DNA of 64,000 bases, from assembly GCA_964383915.1 (NCBI GenBank), contig CAYLJE010000001.1, forward strand, positions 1,893 to 65,892, written 5' to 3'. Source of the DNA: an uncultured Rikenellaceae bacterium (GTDB taxonomy: Bacteria > Bacteroidota > Bacteroidia > Bacteroidales > VadinHA17). The translations under genes and the position numbers were made by a program. Positions 1 to 10,084 of the stretch are shown here, in pieces. The stretch's first letter is position 1; the number at the start of each line of letters is the position of its first letter. The notes beneath the pieces were generated by a model. The model worked only from the letters and a program-made list of their open reading frames with translations. It did no database searches and had not been told where the DNA came from.

Positions 1-220
1 TGAAAACAGGACTCTGTAGTGTAGGCACTAAGAAGGTAAGTGTGCCGGTAAGAAGGAGGGTGACCAATAGCAGATCACTGATATACGCTCCCATACTGAA
101 GAGGAAACCTTTGTTAAAACCTCTGGATATACTGGTATCTAGAAGCATAAAAAACACAGGACCTATTGAAATTCCAATCAACAGGCCCAGGATGAATCCC
201 TTTATAATCGCTTCCAACAT
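1..220 (-). CDS. LysE/RhtB family amino-acid translocator, N-terminal part (gene runs off the window start)
   Basis: The minus-strand ATG at 220 reads MLEAIIKGFILGLLIGISIGPVFFMLLDTSISRGFNKGFLFSMGAYISDLLLV..., a typical LysE-family N-terminus. It is not in the ORF track because it is truncated by the window edge. Confidence 0.6.
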   Translation of the reverse strand, partial: MLEAIIKGFILGLLIGISIGPVFFMLLDTSISRGFNKGFLFSMGAYISDLLLVTLLLTGTLTFLVPTLQSPVF

Positions 221-358
221 TTTTCCCTGACTTAATCATTAGAAAGAAAACTTATTTATATTTGATTTATTTGATATGTTACAAAAAATATTTTATGTAT
301 TTTATCTGTGTAATGTTCCGTTATCAAAAATATAAACCATAAAATCCCTTAAAACAGA

Positions 359-1459
359 TCAGGGAAATACATAGGCTGCTTTTTGTAATTCCTTCAGGTT
401 TTTCAAAGGACAGGGTGGATGCAGGTAGCCGGCGAGAAATTTATATATCTCCAACCGGATTTCTTTTGCAGATTTTGTATCCATCCTGTTGAATGAATGG
501 CCCCCGGGTATGTTTTGATATATCTTATATTCAAATTTTTTATTGGCTGCTTTTAATGCCTGTATCAGGTGTTCTACCTCCAGTACGTTGACATCCGCAT
601 CATTGGTGTTGGTATGGATGAGTAAGGGCGTTTTCAATTTTTCCGCATTCCAGGCCGGTGAGCGGCGACGGTATTCATTTACGTCCTCATAGGCTGTTTT
701 TCCGATATGGTAATCAGCCGAATACAGATCCCTGTATCCTTGCGTTTTATATCCCATACGTGCCACCAGATCACTGACAGGTACTCCTGCATAGGCCACT
801 TTGTAATGAGTCGGATGGTTAAAAATATTAAACAAGGTGATTAATCCTCCGTGACTCCAGCCAATAATCCCAACTCTGTTTTTATCTATTATATTATAGT
901 TGTCCAGCATATATTGCCGGCTGGCATCCACGTCTTCTACTTCTAACCCTCCATAATCAATTTTACGGTAGAAAGAAGCTCCATAGCCGGTACTACCACG
1001 GTATTCTGCTGCTACCACAATATATTGTTGATACATCAGCTCCCTGATGATGTGGGCATAATAAGTAGTAAAATTACCATGGACACCCCCGTGTGGAAAA
1101 ACCAGTAAAGGGTATTTTTTGGAAGGATCAATATCTTTGGGAATGAAAATATAACTTCTGAATTTAACCGGATTTCCGGCACCCTGTGCCGTAGGATTTT
1201 TTTCTTTAGCCAACGGTGGACCTGCTATGTAAACTTTATCTATAAAAGCCACATCACCCACCTTGTTATACCAGTATATGTCATCAATAGCCTTTTGCAA
1301 TACATCCAAACGGTGGTTCAACTGTTTGAAATAATCATCAACTGTCCGGATTACTTTCTCATTGTCCGGGGATGGTGACTGGGAAAAACTGATGCCGGGC
1401 ATTAAAAACATACTGAAAAACAGAATGCCCGACTTTAATAAACATGCCTTTTTTTTCAT
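359..1459 (-). CDS. S9 prolyl oligopeptidase-family serine peptidase (alpha/beta hydrolase), secreted
   Basis: It has an N-terminal signal peptide, a GWSHGG nucleophile elbow, and later D and GGHSF motifs, which matches S9/dienelactone-hydrolase-like architecture. Confidence 0.8.
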   Translation of the reverse strand: MKKKACLLKSGILFFSMFLMPGISFSQSPSPDNEKVIRTVDDYFKQLNHRLDVLQKAIDDIYWYNKVGDVAFIDKVYIAGPPLAKEKNPTAQGAGNPVKFRSYIFIPKDIDPSKKYPLLVFPHGGVHGNFTTYYAHIIRELMYQQYIVVAAEYRGSTGYGASFYRKIDYGGLEVEDVDASRQYMLDNYNIIDKNRVGIIGWSHGGLITLFNIFNHPTHYKVAYAGVPVSDLVARMGYKTQGYRDLYSADYHIGKTAYEDVNEYRRRSPAWNAEKLKTPLLIHTNTNDADVNVLEVEHLIQALKAANKKFEYKIYQNIPGGHSFNRMDTKSAKEIRLEIYKFLAGYLHPPCPLKNLKELQKAAYVFP

Positions 1460-1479
1460 GATTTTATTGTTTAAGTGTT

Positions 1480-2265
1480 TTAATCTGAAATTATTGTGGT
1501 TCCTTCAAAAACTGAGGATGCCGGCCCCTCCAGCCATATGTCCGTAAAGCTGTTTTCTTTTTTTTGAGTAAAATAAACATGCAGTATCCCTCCCGGGGTA
1601 TTGACCGTGACAGGACTACTGACATTTTGTCGCTTTATAGCCAATGTGATAGCTGCAGCCACACTGCCAGTGCCACAAGAGAGTGTTTCTTCTTCAACAC
1701 CCCGCTCATATGTGCGATTGAATAAAGTATTGTCATTCACGATCCGTACAAAATTCACGTTTGTTCCTTCAGGCTGAAAGGAAGAACTGTATCTGATTTT
1801 TTTCCCTTCCCGGGCTACATCGTAATGTTCCACGTCTTCCCGGAAGGTCACATAATGGGGGGATCCGGTATTGAGAAAAAAGTCTCCGTCCATCTCAAGG
1901 AATTTATTGACATCCTGCATTTTTAGACGGATCTGATCGTTTAGAACCATCCCTTCATGTTTCCCGTCCACAGCCTTGAAAGCAGTATGATTGTTACAGA
2001 TTCCCAGATATTTTGCAAAGGCAATGGCACACCGGCCACCGTTTCCACACATACTTGCTTCTTTCCCATCTGCATTAAAATAACGCATCGAAAAATCCAA
2101 AGAAGGATGATTTTCAATAATGATCAGGCCGTCGGCTCCAATCCCTGTTCTCCTCCTGCACAGGGAAGAAACTGTTTTTTCACCGGAGATAAAAACATTC
2201 TGCCGGTTGTCAATCATGATGAAATCATTGCCTGTTCCCTGGTATTTCCAAAATTTGAGGTTCAT
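1480..2265 (-). CDS. dapF: diaminopimelate epimerase
   Basis: GTGNDFIMIDN lies near the N-terminus. Both catalytic Cys motifs are present (MCGNGGRC and SCGTGS), and 261 aa is the expected size. Confidence 0.95.
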   Translation of the reverse strand: MNLKFWKYQGTGNDFIMIDNRQNVFISGEKTVSSLCRRRTGIGADGLIIIENHPSLDFSMRYFNADGKEASMCGNGGRCAIAFAKYLGICNNHTAFKAVDGKHEGMVLNDQIRLKMQDVNKFLEMDGDFFLNTGSPHYVTFREDVEHYDVAREGKKIRYSSSFQPEGTNVNFVRIVNDNTLFNRTYERGVEEETLSCGTGSVAAAITLAIKRQNVSSPVTVNTPGGILHVYFTQKKENSFTDIWLEGPASSVFEGTTIISD

Positions 2266-2441
2266 GACTGGCAGGAATCGTTAAAATTTGTTAATAGTCC
2301 TGAATAGCGCAACATGCTAATATTTTGAACGTTTCTATCACAAAAGTTGTATAAAAGACATAAAAGGGGCATGATATTTGAAAATGATGTTTACAAATTG
2401 CTAAAATAATTGATATTAAACTAACTAAAAAACATTTTATC

Positions 2442-3896
2442 ATGAAAAGTAAAAGAATAATTGGATCCCTGCTTATGGGACTTTTCGGTGGACTCACAGC
2501 AGTGTTCCTATATTTTATTGTATTTTACAAAGAACCTTCCACTGCAAACCTGGGAAATAGCATTGAGCGGGCACAGCAGACGCAGCAGGTTCGTCTTGTA
2601 AATCTGCCCTCCGGTTTGGATACGGGGACGACTGACTTTAATGCTGCCGCAGAGCAGGGAGTAAAAGCAGTGGTTCATGTAAAAACGGAAATGGAAATGG
2701 AAACGAATGCAGTCAATCCGTTTTATTATTTCTTTTTTGGTGATAAGGGAACCCCTCAGAAACAACCGGTGCTTGGATTTGGTTCAGGGGTTATATTGTC
2801 TCCCGACGGATATATCGTCACCAACAACCATGTTATTCAGGATGCGAAAAAAATCGAGGTGACCCTGGATGACAAAAGGACATTCAAAGCTGTAGTGGTA
2901 GGTACCGACCCGACCACAGACCTTGCACTGCTGAAGATCAAAGCAAAAAATCTCCCTTATCTGGTTTTCGGGGATGTGAATAAGGTGCAACTCGGCGATT
3001 GGGTGCTGGCCATAGGAAATCCTTTTAACCTGACTTCTACGGTTACAGCAGGGATTATCAGTGCGAAGGGAAGAAATCTGGGTATGCTGGGTGACCAGAA
3101 ATACAGAATAGAGTCTTACCTGCAAACAGATGCTGCCCTGAATCCTGGAAATAGTGGAGGTGCTCTGATAAACCTGAAAGGGGAATTGATAGGTATTAAT
3201 TCGGCTATCATATCTCCCACGAGAGGATTTACAGGGTATTCATTTGCAATCCCTGCAGATATTGTTAAAAAAGTAGTGAGCGATCTGGAAGAATACGGAC
3301 AGGTACAAAGGGCTATCATGGGAGTAACTATTGAAGATATTACTGCCGACCTGGCCAAAGAAAAACATCTGGACAAAATGGAAGGCGTTTATATCAATGA
3401 TATCACAACCGGGGGTGCTGCAGAAAAAGCAGGTATCAAAGCCGGAGATGTTGTGCTGGCTATCAATGGAGTGAAAGTGAACTCGTCATCCGAGTTGCAG
3501 GAAGAAGTCAGCCTCTATCGTCCGAAAGATAAAATAAATGTTTTAATAAAAAGAAAGGGGAAAACGCAACAATATGTGGTCACCTTACGTAATCTACAAG
3601 GAAATGCCGAACTCGTAAAAGCTTCTGATTTTATTGACGGTGCTAAATTTGAGAATATTTCCAAAAAAGAAAAAGGGCATTTGAAGTTAGATTATGGGGT
3701 AAAGATAACGGATCTGCGGCCCGGAAAGTTTACGGATATTGGATTACGAAAAGGATATATTATCATCAGTATTAACGGAAAACCAATGCGCACGCCACGG
3801 GATGTTTACCAGATCCTGGGAAGTGGAAATGATATTCGCTCCATTGAAGGAGTTCAACCCAATGGAACATACTTTAGCTATCAATTCAGAGACTGA
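2442..3896 (+). CDS. Do/HtrA-family periplasmic serine endoprotease with PDZ domains
   Basis: It has an N-terminal membrane anchor, a trypsin-like core with HV..D..DLALLK and GNSGGAL, and two PDZ-like C-terminal segments. Confidence 0.9.
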   Translation: MKSKRIIGSLLMGLFGGLTAVFLYFIVFYKEPSTANLGNSIERAQQTQQVRLVNLPSGLDTGTTDFNAAAEQGVKAVVHVKTEMEMETNAVNPFYYFFFGDKGTPQKQPVLGFGSGVILSPDGYIVTNNHVIQDAKKIEVTLDDKRTFKAVVVGTDPTTDLALLKIKAKNLPYLVFGDVNKVQLGDWVLAIGNPFNLTSTVTAGIISAKGRNLGMLGDQKYRIESYLQTDAALNPGNSGGALINLKGELIGINSAIISPTRGFTGYSFAIPADIVKKVVSDLEEYGQVQRAIMGVTIEDITADLAKEKHLDKMEGVYINDITTGGAAEKAGIKAGDVVLAINGVKVNSSSELQEEVSLYRPKDKINVLIKRKGKTQQYVVTLRNLQGNAELVKASDFIDGAKFENISKKEKGHLKLDYGVKITDLRPGKFTDIGLRKGYIIISINGKPMRTPRDVYQILGSGNDIRSIEGVQPNGTYFSYQFRD

Positions 3897-3924
3897 TATC
3901 ATTTTCTCTGAAGATTTATCTTTT

Positions 3925-3968
3925 CAAGCCTCTGTAATCCCTTGCGGTTGAATGAGGCTTGAATTTTC
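3925..3968 (+). terminator. candidate terminator after the HtrA-like gene
   Basis: An 8-bp stem (caagcctc at 3925-3932 pairing with gaggcttg at 3954-3961) is followed by aattttc. The loop is long (21 nt), so this is weak. Confidence 0.35.
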
Positions 3969-3999
3969 TAAGTAACTTGTGTTTTAGGATAGAATAGCG

Positions 4000-4007
4000 T
4001 AATTTTG
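4000..4007 (+). promoter_or_regulatory. Bacteroidota -7 promoter box (TAATTTTG) for rpoD
   Basis: It is a perfect TAnnTTTG match 24 nt upstream of the ATG at 4031. Confidence 0.45.
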
Positions 4008-4030
4008 TAACAAAGTTTTGAGGGTGAATT

Positions 4031-4891
4031 ATGAGACAGTTAAAAATAACCAAGTCGATTACCAACAGGGAAAGTGCATCGCTGGATAAGTACTTGCAGG
4101 AGATTGGGAAAGAAGAACTTATTAGCGTTGAGGAAGAAGTTGAACTGGCCCAACGGATCAAGAAAGGAGATCGTGAGGCACTGGAAAAGCTGACCAGGGC
4201 AAACCTGCGTTTTGTCGTTTCTGTAGCAAAACAATATCAAAACCAGGGCCTCAGCTTACCGGATTTGATTAATGAAGGGAACCTCGGACTGATCAAAGCA
4301 GCAGAAAAGTTTGATGAAACACGAGGTTTTAAATTTATTTCCTATGCTGTATGGTGGATACGTCAGTCTATTTTGCAGGCGCTGGCCGAACAGTCCCGCA
4401 TTGTCAGGCTTCCGCTAAATCAAGTAGGTTCTCTGAACAAAATTAACAAGGCATTTTCTAAGTTTGAACAGCAGTATGAACGAAAACCTTCCACCGAAGA
4501 ACTGGCTGACGCATTAGATCTTCCGCGAGAAAAAGTTTCGGATACATTGAAGGTGTCTGGCAGACACGTTTCTGTAGATGCTCCTTTTGTCGAGGGAGAA
4601 GACAACAGCTTGCTGGATGTCCTGCCAAACAATGATTCTCCCAATGCGGATAAAAAACTAATGAACGAATCCCTGACACGGGAAATTGAGCGAGCACTGG
4701 CTACCCTCACTGAACGTGAGAAAGATATTATTAAATTGTTTTTTGGTATTGGTATTCAGGAAATGACACTCGAAGAAATCGGAGAAAAATTCGGACTGAC
4801 ACGTGAACGTGTACGTCAGATTAAGGAAAAAGCCATCCGGCGTTTGCGTCATACCTCCCGGAGTAAATTGCTTAAGTCTTATCTTGGGTAA
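4031..4891 (+). CDS. rpoD: primary RNA polymerase sigma factor (sigma-70 family, short Bacteroidota type)
   Basis: Regions 2 to 4 are readable: [22 protein letters not shown] and [29 protein letters not shown]. The 286-aa size is typical of Bacteroidota sigma A. Confidence 0.9.
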   Translation: MRQLKITKSITNRESASLDKYLQEIGKEELISVEEEVELAQRIKKGDREALEKLTRANLRFVVSVAKQYQNQGLSLPDLINEGNLGLIKAAEKFDETRGFKFISYAVWWIRQSILQALAEQSRIVRLPLNQVGSLNKINKAFSKFEQQYERKPSTEELADALDLPREKVSDTLKVSGRHVSVDAPFVEGEDNSLLDVLPNNDSPNADKKLMNESLTREIERALATLTEREKDIIKLFFGIGIQEMTLEEIGEKFGLTRERVRQIKEKAIRRLRHTSRSKLLKSYLG

Positions 4892-4905
4892 TCGGGGAAA
4901 ACAAG

Positions 4906-4942
4906 AAAAAAAACTCCTGCCACAACGGCAGGAGTTTTTTTT
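4906..4942. terminator. bidirectional rho-independent terminator shared by convergent rpoD and uvrB
   Basis: An A8 run is followed by an 8-bp GC-rich stem (ctcctgcc at 4914-4921 pairing with ggcaggag at 4927-4934), a 5-nt loop and a T8 run. Confidence 0.7.
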
Positions 4943-4955
4943 CCTTTTTAAGTGA

Positions 4956-6965
4956 TTACTCGTTTTGAAACTTCTCTAATGCTGTCAGTTCATCACGGTA
5001 ACGGGCTGCTTCGATAAAATCCAGTTTTTTGGCTGCCTCTTCCATGGACTTTTTTGTTTTTTCAATGGTTTTATCCAGGGCATGTTTATTCATGTACTGA
5101 ACAACCGGATCAGCAGCGATGTTGATAGTATCTTCCCTGCCGGCATAAGCTTTTTTCCCTGTTTTCAATTGTATGCCTGACATAATAGATTCTCCTGTTT
5201 TTACAATCTGTTTAGGCGTAATATCCATCTCCCGGTTATATCTTAATTGTTTTTCTCTGCGCCGGTTGGTTTCATCTATTGTTTTTTGCATCGAGTCGGT
5301 AATCTTATCAGCATACATAATCACTCTGCCATGCAGATTACGGGCTGCCCTGCCTGCAGTTTGTGTTAATGAGCGTTCTGAGCGCAGGAATCCTTCTTTG
5401 TCTGCATCCAGGATGGCAACCAGTGAAACCTCAGGGAGGTCCAGCCCTTCCCTTAACAGGTTAATACCTACAAGCACATCAAAAACACCTTTACGTAACC
5501 CATCCATGATTTCTACCCGTTCCAGCGTGTCTATATCCGAATGAATATAGCGTGTCCGGATATGGAGATTTGTGAGATGATTGGCCAGCTCTTCGGCCAT
5601 ACGTTTGGTGAGGGTGGTTACCAGTATTCTCTCTTGCTTGTCTATCCGGTTGTGTATTTCTGCAACAAGGTCATCAATCTGGTTCAGACTGTGTCTGACT
5701 TCGATAGCCGGATCCGGAATGCCGGTAGGCCGGATGAGTTGCTCGATGATAATACCTTCCGATTTACCCAGTTCGTAATCTGCAGGGGTAGCACTCACGA
5801 AGATCATTTGTCCGGTAAGTGTTTCAAATTCTTCGAACTTCAAAGGCCTGTTGTCTATGGCTGCAGGAAGCCGGAATCCATACTCTACCAATATCTGTTT
5901 TCTTGAGTGGTCTCCTCCGTACATGGCCCGTATCTGGGGAATTGTTACGTGACTTTCATCTATGACTGTCAGAAAATCCTCAGGAAAATAATCCAGCAGG
6001 CAAAAGGGACGGGAACCGGGAGCTCTCCCGTCGAAATAGCGCGAATAGTTCTCAATGCCACTGCAATATCCAAGTTCCCTGATCATCTCCAGATCATAAC
6101 TGACACGTTGTTTCAGCCGGGCTGCCTCTTCACGTTTTCCAATCTCATGGAAAAAATCCACCTGTTTTTGCATGTCTTGTTCAATCATGAAAAGTGCTTG
6201 CTCCATCCTCGATTTACTGGTGATGAAAATATTGGCCGGAAAGATGGTCACTTCTTTTATTTCATCAAGGATGTCCCCGTTTAAAGGGTCAAATACTTCA
6301 ATATCTTCTATTTCATCCCCCCAGAAAACCATCCGGTAAGCTTTGTCTCCATACGCCAGGTGTACATCTACGGTATCTCCCCTCACCCGGAAAGTACCCC
6401 GTGGAAAATCGGTTTCATTACGGGCATATAAACCATCTACCAGTTTCCGCAGAAAAACATTACGGCTTATTTTTTCACCGGTATGGACATGTACGGTTTG
6501 TTGATAAAAGTCATCAGGATTTCCGATTCCATAAAGACAGGATACTGAAGATACTACAATGACATCCCGGCGTCCGGAGAGTAGAGAAGAAGTAGTGCTC
6601 AAACGTAATTTTTCAATTTCGTCATTGATAGAAAGATCTTTCTCAATATACGTATCCGTAACCGGAAGATAAGCTTCCGGCTGGTAATAATCATAATATG
6701 AAACAAAGTATTCCACGGCATTGTCGGGAAAAAACTGTCTGAACTCACTGTACAATTGAGCAGCCAAAGTTTTATTATGGCTTAAGATAAGCGTGGGTTT
6801 CTGTAATTGTTCGATGACATTGGCAATTGTAAATGTTTTTCCCGAGCCGGTAACGCCCAGAAGCGTCTGATATTGTATTCCCTGATTAAGCCCATTAACA
6901 AGTTGCTGTATGGCCTCAGGCTGGTCGCCCGTAGGGACATATTCAGAGAGTAACTTGAATTTCAT
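4956..6965 (-). CDS. uvrB: excinuclease ABC subunit B
   Basis: It has the Walker A motif GVTGSGKT, the DESH box (IDESHVT), helicase motifs, and a C-terminal UVR domain (LDFIEAARYRDEL). Confidence 0.97.
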   Translation of the reverse strand: MKFKLLSEYVPTGDQPEAIQQLVNGLNQGIQYQTLLGVTGSGKTFTIANVIEQLQKPTLILSHNKTLAAQLYSEFRQFFPDNAVEYFVSYYDYYQPEAYLPVTDTYIEKDLSINDEIEKLRLSTTSSLLSGRRDVIVVSSVSCLYGIGNPDDFYQQTVHVHTGEKISRNVFLRKLVDGLYARNETDFPRGTFRVRGDTVDVHLAYGDKAYRMVFWGDEIEDIEVFDPLNGDILDEIKEVTIFPANIFITSKSRMEQALFMIEQDMQKQVDFFHEIGKREEAARLKQRVSYDLEMIRELGYCSGIENYSRYFDGRAPGSRPFCLLDYFPEDFLTVIDESHVTIPQIRAMYGGDHSRKQILVEYGFRLPAAIDNRPLKFEEFETLTGQMIFVSATPADYELGKSEGIIIEQLIRPTGIPDPAIEVRHSLNQIDDLVAEIHNRIDKQERILVTTLTKRMAEELANHLTNLHIRTRYIHSDIDTLERVEIMDGLRKGVFDVLVGINLLREGLDLPEVSLVAILDADKEGFLRSERSLTQTAGRAARNLHGRVIMYADKITDSMQKTIDETNRRREKQLRYNREMDITPKQIVKTGESIMSGIQLKTGKKAYAGREDTINIAADPVVQYMNKHALDKTIEKTKKSMEEAAKKLDFIEAARYRDELTALEKFQNE

Positions 6966-6987
6966 ATTGGGTTGCTACCTTTTTGTG

Positions 6988-8070
6988 TTATTTTCTCTTC
7001 TTCCCGGTAAGAAGTTTGACAAAAACACAATATACAGGCAGATGGTCACTTACGCCACCAAAATAAATAGGACCTGCATACGTGCGGTTGGGGACTTTCC
7101 TGCCTGCTTTGGGATTATCGTACAACATCCATTCTTCTGAAAAAATATGACCTCCCTGATAATTCGTGTGCCATCCCTTTGTATCCTGCAGAAAAGGATA
7201 AGAGACAATGATTTGGTCCAGCATATCCCAATGACCTTTATAACTGTATGTTCCAGTATCATGCAGGTTATGAAGATCGTACATTAGATTGTATAAATCA
7301 CGCCGTCCGATATTCTTTCGCTTATTGGTGGCATTGAGCATTTGCATGATACTCATATTGGTAGGTTCATCATTAAAATCTCCCATAATCAGGATGCGGG
7401 CTTCGGGCTCAAAATTCAGGATCGAATCCACTGTACGTCGTAATACCACCGCAGAGTAAACCCTTTTTTGTTCGGTGGCCTTAACTCCTCCATATCGGGA
7501 TTTCCAGTGGTTTACAAAAAGATGCAGGGTCTCTCCACCCGCTTTTCCTTTTACATACAGGATATTCCGGACTTTCATGGTATCATGTGGAAAATGAATG
7601 GAGATAGAACGATGGGTAATGGTCTTAAAAGTTTCTTTTTTATATAACAAGGCCACATCAATTCCACGAAGGTCAGGGCTGTCTTCATGTACGATTCCGT
7701 AGTCTGTTTTTTTCAATTTCCCTGTATGAACCAGGTCTTTCAGTACGGTAAGGTTTTCGACTTCGCTCAAGCCAATGAGGTCGGGTAATTTGTGGGGTGT
7801 TACATCCGTAATTACTTTGGAAATATCTTTGAGTTTTTTTTCATAACGTACCGGGGTCCAATGCTCCTGTCCCGAAGGAGTGAATTCATCATCCCTTGTT
7901 TTCGGGTCATTGATGGTGTCAAAAAGGTTTTCCGTATTATAAAACATAACCACCAGTCTTGGAGGTTGCTTAGCCTGCAATGAATAGTGACCCGTAAAGA
8001 GAAACACGACGATTAAAACCAGTTTTATCAAGAAATCTTTCGTTATTTTCATCTGTTTACTATTTTTCAT
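6988..8070 (-). CDS. endonuclease/exonuclease/phosphatase (EEP) family protein, secreted
   Basis: It has a signal anchor, GDFND, and the C-terminal SDHLPV motif typical of the EEP fold. Its start overlaps the upstream gene by 4 nt (ATGA). Confidence 0.8.
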   Translation of the reverse strand: MKNSKQMKITKDFLIKLVLIVVFLFTGHYSLQAKQPPRLVVMFYNTENLFDTINDPKTRDDEFTPSGQEHWTPVRYEKKLKDISKVITDVTPHKLPDLIGLSEVENLTVLKDLVHTGKLKKTDYGIVHEDSPDLRGIDVALLYKKETFKTITHRSISIHFPHDTMKVRNILYVKGKAGGETLHLFVNHWKSRYGGVKATEQKRVYSAVVLRRTVDSILNFEPEARILIMGDFNDEPTNMSIMQMLNATNKRKNIGRRDLYNLMYDLHNLHDTGTYSYKGHWDMLDQIIVSYPFLQDTKGWHTNYQGGHIFSEEWMLYDNPKAGRKVPNRTYAGPIYFGGVSDHLPVYCVFVKLLTGKKRK

Positions 8071-8966
8071 GGTCTGTGGTTTTTGATAAAGTCAAGGATA
8101 TCCTTATAAAGAATCACTTTTTCCGGCGTGTTATGTTTTTTAAAAGCAAAAATCAGGTTATTCACCATTCGTCCAATGGTTTCCATTGGAGAACAGGGTA
8201 AATAATATTGTGGCTCGAGGGGAGTATTGTTTAGCTGTTTCAGATAAGTTTCAATTTCATGGATTCCTACCACCGACCCTTTCTGTACCATGCTTATGTA
8301 AAAAAGGATATCTTCCGGCCCCGTGACCGGTTTTTGGCTGGCGGCTACCACAGGATCTATATAAGCCAGGATAAATTGACCGGGAAGGTTAACTCCTTTT
8401 ATAGGCAGTTTCAGGCGCCGTGCAATTTCCTCGTAGATAATTGCTATAGATACGGGGTTTCCTTTTTTGCTTTCCAAAACCACATTGATAAAATTATTTT
8501 GAGGAGAAAAATAATCACCTTTGTTTGGACCCAGTTTATATATATCATAAAGAATGTGATTGATGATCCGTACCTTCTCCAGGGCTGTCAGTTGATCATT
8601 CAGTTCGATCCAGACATCTTTCTTAATTTTTTCTATTTTATCTTCCAGGGGTATATAAGACAGGTTGGGATATTGCGTACGGGCGATCAGGTATGCTCCT
8701 TTCAGCAAACTCGGTTGATCCTCCTGGAGCCACAAGTATAGTTCTTCTTTCAGTGCATTTAGCTGGATATTATGAATAATGGACTCCAGACGTTCCTGAA
8801 CCAGATCATTAAATGATATTTCCCACTCTTTTTCAAGGTGAGGTATGACCTCTTCACCGATATCAATCAGATATTTTGATACTTCTTCAAAGACAGTTAA
8901 ATCGGGGTCATCCAGAAGCTGTATCAGTGCTTTGATTTTAGGGTTGTTATCTTTTTGTGTTTCCAT
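8067..8966 (-). CDS. transglutaminase-like superfamily protein (SirB1/UPF0162-like)
   Basis: The overall layout and the GVNLPGQFILAY segment resemble the Transglut_core2/SirB1 family. This rests on memory of the family only. Confidence 0.45.
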   Translation of the reverse strand: METQKDNNPKIKALIQLLDDPDLTVFEEVSKYLIDIGEEVIPHLEKEWEISFNDLVQERLESIIHNIQLNALKEELYLWLQEDQPSLLKGAYLIARTQYPNLSYIPLEDKIEKIKKDVWIELNDQLTALEKVRIINHILYDIYKLGPNKGDYFSPQNNFINVVLESKKGNPVSIAIIYEEIARRLKLPIKGVNLPGQFILAYIDPVVAASQKPVTGPEDILFYISMVQKGSVVGIHEIETYLKQLNNTPLEPQYYLPCSPMETIGRMVNNLIFAFKKHNTPEKVILYKDILDFIKNHRP

Positions 8967-8970
8967 AGCT

Positions 8971-9849
8971 TCAAGCGGTTAGTTTGTTTAACACAAAATT
9001 GATTAAACGTTGCATTAACGGCTCATAATGATCATTTGTTTCTTTGGTCACCCGGTTGGCGATAATGGCACACAGTGTGATGGCTTTGTGTCCCAACAGC
9101 CTGGATAAACCATATAGTGCCGAACTTTCCATTTCATAGTTGGTAATTCTTTCTCCCCGATAAGAAAAATTCTCAATTTTACGATTCATTTCAGGATCAG
9201 CCAGTAGGATACGTAACTGACGTCCCTGAGGGCCGTAAAACCCAGGTGCCGAAATGGTAACTCCCTGTTTTACTTCATCGCCTGATATTTTTGTAATCAA
9301 ATCTTCCGATGCAGCTATTACATAGGGAGTATTCCAAATTTCAGGCCAATGCACTTGCTTCATAAAGGAATCTATAAATAATTTATCCGATATAGAATCT
9401 AAACCATGGTAAAAATACATCATGCCGTCAAAACCCATCGCTTTCTGTGTCATTAAAAATGAATTAACAGGGATCTCTGGCAGTAATGATCCGGAGGTTC
9501 CGATACGTACCAGGGTGAGTGTCCGGTGTTTTTGTTTCTCCATTCGTTGCCTGAAATCAATATTCGCCAATGCATCCAACTCATTCATTACAATATCAAT
9601 ATTGTCTGTTCCTATGCCTGTTGAGATAACCGAGATCCTTTTTTTATGAAAATAGCCCGTATGGGTTACAAACTCCCGGTTATGCTTTTTTAATTCTATG
9701 GAATCAAAAAAAGAAGATACCAGGGGAACTCTTCCCGGGTCTCCTACCAGGATAATCAGATCGGCAATATCCTCCGGTTTCAAGTGCAGATGATAGATGT
9801 ATCCTTCCTTATCCAGTATAAGTTCCGATGCTTCAAATATCTTTTTCAT
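8971..9849 (-). CDS. nucleoside phosphorylase (PNP_UDP_1 family; uridine/purine nucleoside phosphorylase-like)
   Basis: GDPGRV, RIGTSGS and NYEMES motifs are present. I prefer the internal start MKKIFEAS at 9849 because a perfect -7 box lies 28 nt upstream of it, inside the longer ORF (8971..9897). Confidence 0.75.
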   Translation of the reverse strand: MKKIFEASELILDKEGYIYHLHLKPEDIADLIILVGDPGRVPLVSSFFDSIELKKHNREFVTHTGYFHKKRISVISTGIGTDNIDIVMNELDALANIDFRQRMEKQKHRTLTLVRIGTSGSLLPEIPVNSFLMTQKAMGFDGMMYFYHGLDSISDKLFIDSFMKQVHWPEIWNTPYVIAASEDLITKISGDEVKQGVTISAPGFYGPQGRQLRILLADPEMNRKIENFSYRGERITNYEMESSALYGLSRLLGHKAITLCAIIANRVTKETNDHYEPLMQRLINFVLNKLTA

Positions 9850-9876
9850 TCTATTTTTAAAAGGGTTAAAATTATT

Positions 9877-9884
9877 CAAAATTA
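9877..9884 (-). promoter_or_regulatory. Bacteroidota -7 box (TAATTTTG on the minus strand) for the phosphorylase-to-uvrB gene string
   Basis: The plus strand reads CAAAATTA at 9877-9884, which is TAnnTTTG on the minus strand. Confidence 0.4.
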
Positions 9885-10084
9885 CCCATCCTTCCAAAAA
9901 CTGTTTTTCTATATGGTATATATTTTATTATTTAGAAAAACGAGTGAATATGATAACATTATGTTAGATTTGCAGACTTGTTTTGAGAGCAAAATTAGAT
10001 AAATAAAATCAAAGAGGGAATAATCTGGTTTTATTGTTTGTCAAATAAAAATGACTGGTGGCAGAATAATGTAGAATTCAAGGG

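Noticed and set aside
42-230. 62-aa plus-strand ORF at the window start
   Set aside because: The opposite strand encodes a convincing LysE-family N-terminus from the ATG at 220. The plus-strand product has junk-like, Pro/Arg/Ile-rich composition.
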